DNA from: Minisyncoccota bacterium
Lineage (GTDB): Bacteria > Patescibacteriota > Minisyncoccia > Phycocordibacterales > DATDWN01
Assembly (NCBI GenBank): GCA_041658985.1
Contig: JBAZZC010000006.1
Location: 2,369-66,368 of the forward strand
Length of the DNA stretch: 64,000 nt
Direction: 5' to 3'
Shown: positions 9,729-19,505 of the stretch, in pieces
How the letters are laid out: each line of letters opens with the position of its first letter
Position numbering within the stretch: position 1 is the stretch's first letter
Notes under the pieces: generated by a model
The model's database searches: none
What the model was told of the DNA's origin: nothing
Seen by the model: only the letters and a program-made list of their open reading frames with translations
Translations under genes and position numbers: made by a program

Positions 9729-9771
9729 TAGCATAACAAAACAGTATTTACTGTGTCAATAGTTATCCACA
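9729..9771 (-). promoter_or_regulatory. Sigma70 promoter with adjacent DnaA box
   Basis: Minus strand TGTGGATAACTA-TTGACA-N18-TATGCT. Confidence 0.6.
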
Positions 9772-9776
9772 GCACC

Positions 9777-10574
9777 CTAAAACACTAGAAATAGAATTAT
9801 TGCCAAGACTACCCTATACCAAATAAAGAGATTAAGGTTGTGAGTTTTAAGATAATTAATTAAAAAATTTATGGCAAATAGACCAGTAATAAAAGCCGTG
9901 ATACATCCAAGTAAAAGTGGTAAACCAAAATCCATAGAAAGTAACCCATGGCGAACTTCAAAAAGTTTTTTCAGTCCAGCCCCTAATAAAACCGGAATGG
10001 AAAGCAGGAAACTAAATCTCACAGCTTCATCTTTACTAAGACCTGCGATTAATCCACCAGAAATAGTTGAGCCAGAACGAGACATGCCTGGAACCAAAGC
10101 CAAACACTGAAACAGACCAATTATTATTCCCCTGACCCATGAGAGTGATTTGTTTTGTTTGGCTGTTTTTTCCGCATACCAAAAAAGAATACTCCCGAGA
10201 ATTAAAGTCAGGGCCACCAGCTCCACATTACGAAAAATTGTCTCCATCCAGTTTTCAAATATAAGACCAAAAAAAACGGCTGGAATTGTACCAAGCAAAA
10301 TCGCATAAATTAATGTTTTATTTGCTTGTAATTCCATGTTTTTCCGCCTAATGGTTCGCCAAACATCCTTAATTAATGGCCAAATATCTCCCCAAAAATA
10401 GATAATAAGTGCTAAGGTAGCCGATAACTGCAAAATAGCATCAAAAGCCAGACCACTTAAATCATTTGTATCAAAAAGCCTCCTGAATATGATAAGGTGG
10501 CCGGAGGACGAAACAGGAATAAATTCTGTTGCTCCTTCTATAAAACCAAGTATTATTGCTACAACGTACGTCAT
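9777..10574 (-). CDS. uppP: Undecaprenyl-diphosphate phosphatase
   Basis: EGATEFIPVSSSGHL, PGMSRSGSTI, FSFLLSIP, FIWYR. Confidence 0.96.
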   Translation of the reverse strand: MTYVVAIILGFIEGATEFIPVSSSGHLIIFRRLFDTNDLSGLAFDAILQLSATLALIIYFWGDIWPLIKDVWRTIRRKNMELQANKTLIYAILLGTIPAVFFGLIFENWMETIFRNVELVALTLILGSILFWYAEKTAKQNKSLSWVRGIIIGLFQCLALVPGMSRSGSTISGGLIAGLSKDEAVRFSFLLSIPVLLGAGLKKLFEVRHGLLSMDFGLPLLLGCITAFITGLFAINFLINYLKTHNLNLFIWYRVVLAIILFLVF

Positions 10575-10616
10575 ATAGTACAATGTTAGCACAAAATTAA
10601 AATTAACTTAAAAAAT

Positions 10617-11309
10617 ATGAGTGTAGAAAAATTGTCTGTACCAATAGCCATCGTAATTGCCGGAGGTCTAATAGCTGGGGCTTTATATTATTCAAACACA
10701 AAGGCTCCAAGCCAAGTAGTAAACAACAATGTACCACCAACAAACAATAATCTTGAGATGAAACCTGTTTCGTCCGATGACCACATCTTAGGAAACCCAA
10801 ATGCAGATATAATAATAGTGGAATATTCAGACCCCGAATGTCCATTTTGTAAAACATTTCATACTACATTACAAAGAGTCATGACTGAATATGGCAAGGA
10901 CGGTAAGGTCGCTTGGGTTTACAGACATTTTCCTATAGACCAATTACATTCAAAAGCACGAAAAGAAGCAGAGGCAACAGAATGTGCTAATGAACTTGGT
11001 GGTGACGGAAAATTTTGGGAATATATTAACCTCTTATATCAGACAACAAATTCAAATAACTCTTTAGACCCAGCAGAGTTACCTAAAATAGCAAAAACAG
11101 TAGGACTTAATGTTGATGCGTTTAATACCTGCTTATCAAGTGGAAAATATGCTGAAAAAGTGGAAGCTAATTATCAAGATGCAGTAAAAGCCGGTGGACG
11201 AGGTACTCCGAACTCAATAATTCTTTCAAAAGATGGCACAAAAACACCCATTGAAGGAGCCATGCCTTATGAGTCTCTCAAGGGTATCATAGACGCCTTA
11301 CTGAAGTAG
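10617..11309 (+). CDS. DsbA-family thioredoxin-fold oxidoreductase
   Basis: N-terminal TM; EYSDPECPFC; RHFP; GTP cis-Pro loop. Confidence 0.92.
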   Translation: MSVEKLSVPIAIVIAGGLIAGALYYSNTKAPSQVVNNNVPPTNNNLEMKPVSSDDHILGNPNADIIIVEYSDPECPFCKTFHTTLQRVMTEYGKDGKVAWVYRHFPIDQLHSKARKEAEATECANELGGDGKFWEYINLLYQTTNSNNSLDPAELPKIAKTVGLNVDAFNTCLSSGKYAEKVEANYQDAVKAGGRGTPNSIILSKDGTKTPIEGAMPYESLKGIIDALLK

Positions 11310-14225
11310 TTTGCGATAACCGCAATATTTACATTCCCTATCTGAACAATATTCAGTGGTGATTTTACCACTCCAGACACTTTCTATAACAGATTGAATT
11401 TCTTGTTTCACTCGTTTTACATCATCTTCTTCTACTGGAAGTGTTATCGTTGGACACCTGCCTTTGTCATCTGGAGATACAAAAACCAGTGACGTAGAAA
11501 TCTTTTTTGTTCGCCACTCACGGTTGTTTTGCAAAAGCAATTTGTAAAAAATAAGTTGTCTAAAATAATTACCGTCATCATTTTTTGTCTCTCCTTTAAT
11601 AGCTTCAACGGACATTTTTTGCCGAGTCTTATAGTCAAAAACAGCAGTCTCATCCCCCGTATCAATAATAACATCAAGTTTGCCGTGAACAGGAATGGTT
11701 ACTTTCTCTTTTTTATATACTCCATCAAATGGAAACTTTATCCATCTTTCTGTTGACACAATTCCTTTAGTATTAAAGTGTTCAGTTAAAGCAACAGCTA
11801 CTGCAGGAGTATTTTCAATTAATTCTTTTTTTAGGGCTTCTTTGTCGCCGGGAGAAAGCAGAGATTTATCAATATATTCCGTAATTCTGGTCGCAATAAT
11901 TTTTTCTATTTTTTTAGGAGAATGTTCTTGCTCTCTCCACACTTCCGATAAGGCATCGTGCATGCTACTTCCCTTCTCGGCTGAAACTGACGGAGCCTGT
12001 GGTAATTTTAAAATACTCTCATACATAAACTTGCTTGGACATTCTAAAAAGTGATTTAAGGCCGTGACAGACAAACCATTCTCCAACAGAACTCTCTTTG
12101 CTTCACTTATCATTAAATCATTGTACTCACTATTTATAGTTTTGCCTTTTGCGTTCTCTAGGGAGATATCACTTCTAGGCAAAGAAACTGTGACAACATT
12201 GTCTTTGTGCAGTTCATCCACAAATCGAAGGGGGGTTAAGGTTTTCCCGTCTGACTCTTCTAAAGAAGACAAAATAACTGCGTGCTTGCGAGCGCGGGTT
12301 ATGGCCACATAAAACAATCGCCTAATATCTCGAACGTCGTGGTCCCTTAAATTTTTCTCTGGAAGAATAAAAGAGGAGCCGTGAGACCTCCCCACCCAAG
12401 TCTCCTCGCTGGTGTATGGCATAAAGATATAATCAAATTCTAATCCCTTTGACCCGTGAGCAGTCATGGCTTTGATTGGAAAATCTGGTGCACCGACAGA
12501 AACCTTAACGGTCTTTGATTCAGCTGACTGTCTATGAGCCAACATTATTTTCATTAACTCTGTCGGATTATCTATGTCTCCATCACGAGCCAGTGACTCT
12601 GCTAGAGTAATAATAGCTCGCCAGACATGAACAAATGATGGGTCTCTGGAGACCAGAGCGGTAAACCCAGATTCTTCTCCACAATGGATAATTCCTCCTA
12701 CCGCCCCACTATCTAACATTCTTTTTTTAATATTTAAAATAGCCGGTATCTGTTTGTCTAATTCAGAAACCTGGCCGGACCTCAGTAAACGAATAATCTC
12801 TACCGCCTTACCAAAATTCAGACCCCACATACCAATAGCTAAAGTTTTACTGAGGGCATCAATTTTTGATGGGTCTACAACATATTCAATTAAATCAAAG
12901 AAGGCCATGCCAATAGGGTGATGAAAAATATCTAAACTTCTTTCCGAAGAAACAGAAATACCATGTGATTCAAGGACCCTTAAAACCCTTTCTAATTCAC
13001 GATTCCTTCTTGTAATAACCGCCACTGTCGCCTTGGGTTCATCTTTGGAAATTTTTCTAAGCTCATCTACCAAATATTTTTCGGTGGCAGAAGTGTTTTC
13101 TCCGATGACTATATCAAGAGGCCTCTTTTTTAAATCACTCCCAGGTTTTAACTGTACTCTGAGGTCTACATACTGCCCCTCATCATAATTATTTTCAATC
13201 ATAGCAAAACTGGCGTCCAATATTCCTTGATGTGACCGATAATTAGTGTTAAGAGCAATGACTTCCATGGATGGCCATCTTTTTTGCAGAGATAAAAAGT
13301 TGTCCACCGAGGCCCCTTGAAAACGATATATAGCCTGCTTTTCATCACCAACTATAAAAATATTTGGGGTCTCAAAAAATTCGGCAATTAAACTAATAAT
13401 ATAATTCTGGGCATCATTTGTGTCCTGATGTTCATCAACTAGTATGTAAAGAAATCTTTCTTGGACCAACCTCAACAACAGCTGGTCGGTACGCAAAGCC
13501 ACAAGAAATTCTATTATTAAATCATCATAGTCACGTAACTTTGCAGAATTTTTTTCTTCTTCGTATTTTTCGTATAAGTCAGCAAATAAAAAAGTCTTGT
13601 CTAATTTTTCTAATTTTTCTAGTGCCTCTGCTTTTAATTTGCCTTTGGTGATTCCTCTGGTAGATATATTTGACTCGTCATTTTTTGTTTTTTTTGTTTC
13701 TGCTTTGACATATTCCCGTACCATACTAGGAGTTAGGGCTTCTTTTTTTGAATCAGATATGGCTTTGATTATGGAAGATATGTAGGCGTCTGGCCGACTA
13801 AGCGGTCTAAGGGAAGTAAATCTTTGGTCTGTGAGAATGGAGCGGACGATCGATTCCTGTTCAACATCCGTCATTTGTTTAAAATCTCCTATCCTAATAA
13901 AGTGGTCAGGATATTCAGCCATCATAGCAGAAGCAAATCCATGAAAGGTGTGAATGTAAACATCGTGAGCCTCACTACCAATTACTTCCCGAAGTTTTTC
14001 TCGCATGGCTTTTACTCCAGCATCAGTATAGGTAATGGCTAAAATGCCGTGTGCTGGTGTGTCTGTTTTTCGTAAAATTTGAGCGATTCGTAGAGTCAAA
14101 ATTGTGGTTTTCCCGGTACCTGGACCAGCCACTACCAAAACCGGACCATCAATAGTATCAACCGCTTTTTTTTGTTCTGCGTTTAGTTTTTTATATTTTT
14201 CCTCAAATTCTTTACTAGAGATCAT
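11298..14225 (-). CDS. UvrD/PcrA-type SF1 helicase fused to C-terminal PD-(D/E)XK nuclease (AddA/AdnB-like)
   Basis: AGPGTGKT, VDEHQD, VGDEKQAIYRFQGA, NYRS, TAHGSKGLEF, LFYVAITRA; C-terminal GKLD..FDYKT..QL..Y and a Cys cluster (C.SK...C...CKYC). Confidence 0.92.
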   Translation of the reverse strand: MISSKEFEEKYKKLNAEQKKAVDTIDGPVLVVAGPGTGKTTILTLRIAQILRKTDTPAHGILAITYTDAGVKAMREKLREVIGSEAHDVYIHTFHGFASAMMAEYPDHFIRIGDFKQMTDVEQESIVRSILTDQRFTSLRPLSRPDAYISSIIKAISDSKKEALTPSMVREYVKAETKKTKNDESNISTRGITKGKLKAEALEKLEKLDKTFLFADLYEKYEEEKNSAKLRDYDDLIIEFLVALRTDQLLLRLVQERFLYILVDEHQDTNDAQNYIISLIAEFFETPNIFIVGDEKQAIYRFQGASVDNFLSLQKRWPSMEVIALNTNYRSHQGILDASFAMIENNYDEGQYVDLRVQLKPGSDLKKRPLDIVIGENTSATEKYLVDELRKISKDEPKATVAVITRRNRELERVLRVLESHGISVSSERSLDIFHHPIGMAFFDLIEYVVDPSKIDALSKTLAIGMWGLNFGKAVEIIRLLRSGQVSELDKQIPAILNIKKRMLDSGAVGGIIHCGEESGFTALVSRDPSFVHVWRAIITLAESLARDGDIDNPTELMKIMLAHRQSAESKTVKVSVGAPDFPIKAMTAHGSKGLEFDYIFMPYTSEETWVGRSHGSSFILPEKNLRDHDVRDIRRLFYVAITRARKHAVILSSLEESDGKTLTPLRFVDELHKDNVVTVSLPRSDISLENAKGKTINSEYNDLMISEAKRVLLENGLSVTALNHFLECPSKFMYESILKLPQAPSVSAEKGSSMHDALSEVWREQEHSPKKIEKIIATRITEYIDKSLLSPGDKEALKKELIENTPAVAVALTEHFNTKGIVSTERWIKFPFDGVYKKEKVTIPVHGKLDVIIDTGDETAVFDYKTRQKMSVEAIKGETKNDDGNYFRQLIFYKLLLQNNREWRTKKISTSLVFVSPDDKGRCPTITLPVEEDDVKRVKQEIQSVIESVWSGKITTEYCSDRECKYCGYRKLLQ

Positions 14226-14288
14226 ATGTATAGGATAACACGAAAATAGTTCCGTGTTGATTGGGGACATGGTGACCTCAACACGGAA

Positions 14289-14486
14289 CTATTCAGCGAC
14301 ACAAACTGGAACTGGAGGTAAGACAACCGCCTTCCAGACCCCTTCTTGGTGATTGAACTCCATATCCTCAAGAAGTTTCCAGCACTCATCACAGTAGCGA
14401 TACCCCTGAAAAATGACACGAACTTTCTTTCCGTGGCAGAATGGGCAACGCCTCTCGCCATCCTTGATATACGAAGCTTCAATCAT
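14289..14486 (-). CDS. Small zinc-ribbon protein (GC-richer orphan)
   Basis: GGAGG SD before ATG 14486; CPFC...CDEC. Confidence 0.6.
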   Translation of the reverse strand: MIEASYIKDGERRCPFCHGKKVRVIFQGYRYCDECWKLLEDMEFNHQEGVWKAVVLPPVPVCVAE

Positions 14487-14622
14487 GTGACCTCCAAAAA
14501 ACAAATATGACCCCATGGTCATTTCGCATTTATAGTAACATTTTATATTTTTTTACACAAACAAAAAAGCCTCGTGCCGGTGGGGATGCCCACATTGGGC
14601 ACCCCACCTACACGAGACCGCG

Positions 14623-15240
14623 TCAGAAGTTCAGCCTTAGACCGGCCGAACCCCCAACTTTCTTCCCTTCCTTGACCGGCGCGACCCAGAGGTCGAACGG
14701 ACCGAACGACCTCTCAATGTACGGCCCGGTTCCGACGAACCGAGTGGAATTGGCCCCGAGCTTCCAGGAGCCGAGACGGACGGTGCCGGTGTACCGATAC
14801 CAGTATCCGCTCCCGCCGTTCTCATGTGAACTCTCAAGAGTCACTCGACCCTTGCTAATCCACAAGTTGCCTGCGAAGCGAAGTGGCTTCCTGTTGGTCT
14901 CCGCACCAACCAAGAAAGCCACCTGGATGGAGTCAACGGGGGCAAACGTCAGACCGACGAGCCCTTCGGCCCATTTCTCGGTTGACCACTGTCCCCCATC
15001 CTCTGTCCACTGGTTCGTGCCCCACCCCCACACGGCCCACCCGAACTTGCCCTTGATGGGGCCTTCCAGATAGACCGTAACCGAGGGGCTCGTATGCCCC
15101 CCAACGTACTCGTTGTACGATTCGACGAATCGAGTTGGCTCCTGCGCCGACGCCGGCACAAGTGAGGCCACCATCATGACGAGCAAGATGATGACCGTGA
15201 CACCGAAAGTCCGCGGACGAGTATCCAGTGTGATGTCCAT
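14623..15240 (-). CDS. Secreted protein with outer-membrane beta-barrel-like features (cassette 1)
   Basis: Signal peptide ending ASA-Q; Gly/aromatic-rich alternating strands; C-terminus AGLRLNF. Confidence 0.65.
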   Translation of the reverse strand: MDITLDTRPRTFGVTVIILLVMMVASLVPASAQEPTRFVESYNEYVGGHTSPSVTVYLEGPIKGKFGWAVWGWGTNQWTEDGGQWSTEKWAEGLVGLTFAPVDSIQVAFLVGAETNRKPLRFAGNLWISKGRVTLESSHENGGSGYWYRYTGTVRLGSWKLGANSTRFVGTGPYIERSFGPFDLWVAPVKEGKKVGGSAGLRLNF

Positions 15241-15264
15241 TGAAACCTCTTTGGAATCGGCTGG

Positions 15265-15320
15265 GGCGACATGCCCCTCTGCTCACAACAATAGCACCAA
15301 AATATTAAATTGTCAATATA
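15265..15320 (-). promoter_or_regulatory. Duplicated promoter/leader (copy 1)
   Basis: TTGACA-N17-TATTGT plus a 37-bp block identical to 16088-16124. Confidence 0.75.
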
Positions 15321-15389
15321 AAATTTTGATACGAAAAAAGCCCCGTGCCTGCGGAACCCGAGATGGGTTCCGCCGCACGAGACCGCGCA

Positions 15390-16064
15390 CTACTTGGTCG
15401 ACGCCCAGTGGACACCGACGTAGTACATGTACTGCTTCGCGTTCCCGTTCCGAGAGACGCTCCCGGTAACCGAGAAGTTGTTGTTGACCCTCTGGGTGTA
15501 CGACACCCCAGGGATCCGGTTCAGCGGGTCGTCGAGGAAGTTGAGAAGCGTGTAAGTCAAGCCGACAGGCCCGATATTGGCGTTGAAGCTCGCCAAGTAC
15601 CCAATCCACAGCTTCTCGGGGTTAACCCCGGAGCGCCAGTTCCTCGGCTCGACGCCGATGAACAGACACGGCCACTGAAAAGTCCCTACCGAGACCTCCT
15701 GCCCGGCAATCTTGCCGACCGGCAGACTCATATTCAGGTAGGGACCGACCCACGGAGAGCCCTGGAAGTGCCCAGCCGAACCGGCGACGGTTCCTGTGAG
15801 CTTTCCGAGCTTGAACTCGGGCCCCCAGACAACCCACGCCTGCTCCTGCTGAAATGCCACCTCGAGAAGATGGCCCCGGCCGTTCTTGAAGTCGACGATC
15901 CCGGTTATGCCAGAGCTGATCGGATCCTCACCGGCGGACACCGTGGCACCGGACAGCTTGTAGCCGCCGGGGTCCGCAGGCGGAGTCGCCGTCTGTGCCT
16001 GCGCCGCGAACGGCGTGAGACAGAGGACAAACAGGATGGATGCGACGAGTGTCTGTCTCTTCAC
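15390..16064 (-). CDS. Secreted protein with outer-membrane beta-barrel-like features (cassette 2)
   Basis: GTG start after AAGGA; signal peptide ending AQA-Q; alternating strands; ends YYVGVHWASTK. Confidence 0.65.
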   Translation of the reverse strand: MKRQTLVASILFVLCLTPFAAQAQTATPPADPGGYKLSGATVSAGEDPISSGITGIVDFKNGRGHLLEVAFQQEQAWVVWGPEFKLGKLTGTVAGSAGHFQGSPWVGPYLNMSLPVGKIAGQEVSVGTFQWPCLFIGVEPRNWRSGVNPEKLWIGYLASFNANIGPVGLTYTLLNFLDDPLNRIPGVSYTQRVNNNFSVTGSVSRNGNAKQYMYYVGVHWASTK

Positions 16065-16087
16065 GTTGGTCCTTTCGGTATCTTGGA

Positions 16088-16143
16088 GGCGACATGCCCC
16101 TCTGCTCACAACAATAGCACCAAACATCCATTTTGTCAATATA
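16088..16143 (-). promoter_or_regulatory. Duplicated promoter/leader (copy 2)
   Basis: Same -35/-10 and leader as 15265-15320. Confidence 0.75.
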
Positions 16144-16174
16144 TCTCCTCCCCCCACCTTCACACAATAAAACC

Positions 16175-16337
16175 TTTAATCTCGTTGAACTAAAATCTTT
16201 TTGGAACATCCGCAGGCTTCCAGCATAGTTCTGTCAAGGCATCCCTTCTTGACAGATGGAAGCCGAGGACATGAACAAACCCAAGCGCTGGCTTGGGTTT
16301 GTGTTTTCAAAAAGGTTTTGGTGAAAAAGAGATTAAA
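16175..16337 (+). ncRNA. Structured repeat family H2, copy 2 (putative structured RNA/ssDNA element)
   Basis: Homologous to the reverse complement of 9214-9388; G-T pairs lie on the plus strand; abuts the rpoD stop. Confidence 0.6.
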
Positions 16338-16339
16338 AA

Positions 16340-17659
16340 TTAATAATAACTTCTCAGTCGATTTATCTTCTCATGCTGTCTTATCTTCTCATGTGCCTTG
16401 GCTTCAATCTGTCTGATACGCTCACGAGTAACCCCAAACTCCTTCCCCACTTCTTCTAGGGTATGCGTCACACCATCAACTAACCCGTGTCGAAGCTCTA
16501 AAATCTTTCTCTCTTTCTCTGGTAAGTCATTTAGAATTTCCTTGACTTGGTCAGAAATAATTCGTCTAGCCGACTCCTGCTCTGGAGACAATATTTTTTC
16601 ATCAGCCAAAAAGTCACCGAGTTTGCTTTTACTATCATCTTCATTTTCTCCTATCGGAGCTTCAAGCGAAAGAGTGCTTTGGTCAATTTTTTCAATAGTA
16701 TAAATTTTATCAACAGGAAGATTCATTTCAATAGCAATCTCTTCTGGTAGTGGGTCACGCCCCAAGTCCTGACTAAGACGCCTGACTACCTGTTTATACT
16801 TGGCAATGGTTTCCACCATGTGCACTGGAACACGAATGGTTCGTGACTGGTCCGCTAAAGCCCGAGTGATGGCCTGACGAATCCACCAGGTAGCATAGGT
16901 AGAAAACTTGTAACCCTTAGTCCAATCAAACTTACTAACGGCCTTAAAAAGGCCCAGGTTTCCCTCTTGTATGAGGTCAAGAAGCGTAAGGTCAGGACTT
17001 CGGTTAGCATATTTCTTGGCAATGGAAACCACCAAGCGTAAGTTAGCACGTGCTAAAAGATTTATAGCCTCAATATCTCCTTTTTCTATACGTTTTGCCA
17101 GTTCCTTTTCTTGACCACCGGAGATAAGTTGATATTGGCCAATTTCTTTAAGATACATCTGGATTGAATCGTAGGAAGATTCCCCACCACGACCATATGA
17201 ATATTTTTTGTTTAAGAGGTCATCACTTAAAGGCGACTCCAATAGTCCGCCCCCCTCCAAAATATCAATACCACTTACTGATAATTTTTCATAGAGTTCA
17301 TCGAGAAAAATAATATCATCTTCAATTGTTGGAAATTCTTTCAGAATCTCATCATAAGTTACATAACCTCTTTCTTTACCTTTGGCTAAAAGCCTAATTA
17401 ACCCCTCGCTTTGTTTATCAGCTTTTTTCATCACCACCTCTTTTTTCTTGGGGAGTGTCTTTGAAGCTCTCATAGCTAAAGAAGTTCTGCTCTTTTTCTT
17501 TTTGCGAATTTTTGGTACAACAAATTTTTTAGATTTTTGTAACTTACGTTTTATGTGTTTTTTGGATGCCTTTACCTTAGCTTTTACCAATTTTTTAGTA
17601 TGCTGTCGTGGTTTATGCCCAGTCTCTTTCTTGTTTTTTGTTTTTTTCTTTTTTTTCAT
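16340..17659 (-). CDS. rpoD: Primary RNA polymerase sigma factor with Lys-rich N-terminal extension
   Basis: [58 protein letters not shown]. Confidence 0.97.
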   Translation of the reverse strand: MKKKKKTKNKKETGHKPRQHTKKLVKAKVKASKKHIKRKLQKSKKFVVPKIRKKKKSRTSLAMRASKTLPKKKEVVMKKADKQSEGLIRLLAKGKERGYVTYDEILKEFPTIEDDIIFLDELYEKLSVSGIDILEGGGLLESPLSDDLLNKKYSYGRGGESSYDSIQMYLKEIGQYQLISGGQEKELAKRIEKGDIEAINLLARANLRLVVSIAKKYANRSPDLTLLDLIQEGNLGLFKAVSKFDWTKGYKFSTYATWWIRQAITRALADQSRTIRVPVHMVETIAKYKQVVRRLSQDLGRDPLPEEIAIEMNLPVDKIYTIEKIDQSTLSLEAPIGENEDDSKSKLGDFLADEKILSPEQESARRIISDQVKEILNDLPEKERKILELRHGLVDGVTHTLEEVGKEFGVTRERIRQIEAKAHEKIRQHEKINRLRSYY

Positions 17660-17660
17660 T

Positions 17661-19397
17661 TTATATTATTTTGCTTTTAATTAAATTGATTTGTTGTGAC
17701 AAAACCTGACACTCTTCTAAATATTTTGATATTTCCTTTTCGTTTTTTGATTGTTCAGCTTTTTGAAGATTTATCATGGCTATAGCAAACTCTTGTTTCA
17801 AATATTCTTCCTCCAATCCTAAAAGCAAATAATCAATATCCTTTTTTAAATTATTTTTGCCACCATAGTAACTTTCTATTTCAAACAAAAGTAGGTCCCT
17901 TTCTTTCTCGTGTTGACTTACAAGTTGTTCCATTCTGTCTCCAAAAATTTCTTTGGCTTTTTTTTCTATTTCTTCAATATCAATATTATTTTCTGTCGTA
18001 GCTTGCGCCTTATATGTTAAAGGGTTCAATCCTTTTTGCCATATAATAATACCCAAGATTCTTCTTTCCATAGCTTCTATACGTTTTCTTGGTATAGAAA
18101 CCTGCCCCTCATCTTTTAAAATATTTACGGAATCCGTTCCGACCAATTTCAAATCATCCCACAGAGCCTCCTCTTTTATAAAGGTTTTTTGGGCAATGCT
18201 TTTTATAAAGTGAGCTTTTTCTATGGTACTAGTTAGTAAAGCAATATAAGGTAAGACATTTTTTCTTATCTCTTGGCCAAGTTTGCGGGGTTCTAGATTA
18301 CGAGAAAGCAAATTATCTGTGTAAAAATCGATTATGTGTTTAGAATTTTTTAAACACTCTCTCAGTTTTGTTGGGTCATCCTTAGCTAAATCAGCTGGGT
18401 CAAACCCTTCTGGTATGGTAGCCAACTTTAATTCCATACCCATAGAAAGTGCTAAACGACTACTTCTATCCGAAGCAGAGAAACCAGCACTGTCGCCATC
18501 ATATGACATAATAATTCTGTTTGAAAGTCGACGAAGTTTAATGAGATGATTTTCGGTCAGAGCTGTACCAGACGAAGCAACTGTATTTGTAATACCAACC
18601 TGATGGAGCATTATTAAGTCCATTTGCCCTTCTACCAAAATTGAATAATCTTTTAGTCGGATGTCTTTTTTGGCTTTATCCAACCCGAACAAAATTTCTG
18701 ATTTATTAAATAGAGCCGTTTCTGGACTATTGAGATATTTTGGCGATTTGTCATCAGAAATCAGAATCCTTCCCGAAAAACCAACCACTCTTCCTGATGA
18801 GTCATTAATTGGAAACATAATTCTCCCACGAAAAGTGTCGTAGTGGGAATCTTCTGTACCCTCTTTTCTTTTTATTAAACCAACAGAAAGCATGTCTTTC
18901 GGAGTTACATCTCTATCTAAAAGATATTCGTATAAATCTCGCCACTCTACAGAACTTAAACCCAGACGAAAATCTTTTATTGTTTTATCTGTTATCCCCC
19001 TATTATAGAGATAATCCAGGGCTTGTTTGTCTTCTGATAACCTTTTCTCATAAAAGAAAACGGCTTGTTCTAAAATTGAGTGTAGCTTTTGTTTTTCTGT
19101 TTTTTCCCCGGCATTATATTGTTCCAATTCTACTCCCGCTTTTTCAGCTAGAACTTTCAAACTACCAATAAAATCCAGCCCTTCAAACTCCTGAACAAAG
19201 GTAAATATATCCCCCTTGGCCTGACATCCAAAACAATAATAACTTCCCCTATCTGGAGAAACAAAAAAGGATGGTGTCTTTTCATTATGAAATGGACACT
19301 TACCTTTAAAATTACTTCCCGCTTTCTCTAACTTCATATAACTAGAGATAAGTGAGACAATATCTATTTTTGATTTGATTTGGTCTACAGAGGACAT
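17661..19397 (-). CDS. dnaG: DNA primase
   Basis: [15 protein letters not shown] zinc finger, [26 protein letters not shown]. Confidence 0.97.
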   Translation of the reverse strand: MSSVDQIKSKIDIVSLISSYMKLEKAGSNFKGKCPFHNEKTPSFFVSPDRGSYYCFGCQAKGDIFTFVQEFEGLDFIGSLKVLAEKAGVELEQYNAGEKTEKQKLHSILEQAVFFYEKRLSEDKQALDYLYNRGITDKTIKDFRLGLSSVEWRDLYEYLLDRDVTPKDMLSVGLIKRKEGTEDSHYDTFRGRIMFPINDSSGRVVGFSGRILISDDKSPKYLNSPETALFNKSEILFGLDKAKKDIRLKDYSILVEGQMDLIMLHQVGITNTVASSGTALTENHLIKLRRLSNRIIMSYDGDSAGFSASDRSSRLALSMGMELKLATIPEGFDPADLAKDDPTKLRECLKNSKHIIDFYTDNLLSRNLEPRKLGQEIRKNVLPYIALLTSTIEKAHFIKSIAQKTFIKEEALWDDLKLVGTDSVNILKDEGQVSIPRKRIEAMERRILGIIIWQKGLNPLTYKAQATTENNIDIEEIEKKAKEIFGDRMEQLVSQHEKERDLLLFEIESYYGGKNNLKKDIDYLLLGLEEEYLKQEFAIAMINLQKAEQSKNEKEISKYLEECQVLSQQINLIKSKII

Positions 19398-19410
19398 GGA
19401 TTTAAAATGA

Positions 19411-19504
19411 GTCTACAAAGTCCTTAAAGTCAAAAGTCTTTAAAGTAGATACCCCCATCCTGGATTAGCTTTATGGACTTTATAGACTTTATGAACTTTT
19501 GACT
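19411..19504. repeat. Degenerate short tandem repeats in inverted arrangement
   Basis: AAAGTC-containing units facing (G/A)ACTTT(A/T)T units. Confidence 0.6.
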
Positions 19505-19505
19505 G

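Noticed and set aside
9404-9736. ORF-track proteins of 105, 66 and 61 aa in the GC-rich island
   Set aside because: The 105-aa frame runs through the terminator, and the plus-strand frames oppose the promoter and terminator. The SD-led 32-aa frame fits better.
14507-16209. Many long overlapping ORFs (e.g. 15345-16193 +, 14507-15073 +)
   Set aside because: Shadow frames of GC-rich genes; promoter, SD, signal peptides and terminators all support the minus-strand pair.
18019-18035. AAAGGGTTCAATCCTTT imperfect palindrome inside dnaG
   Set aside because: Too short and imperfect to call an insertion without an orthologue alignment.
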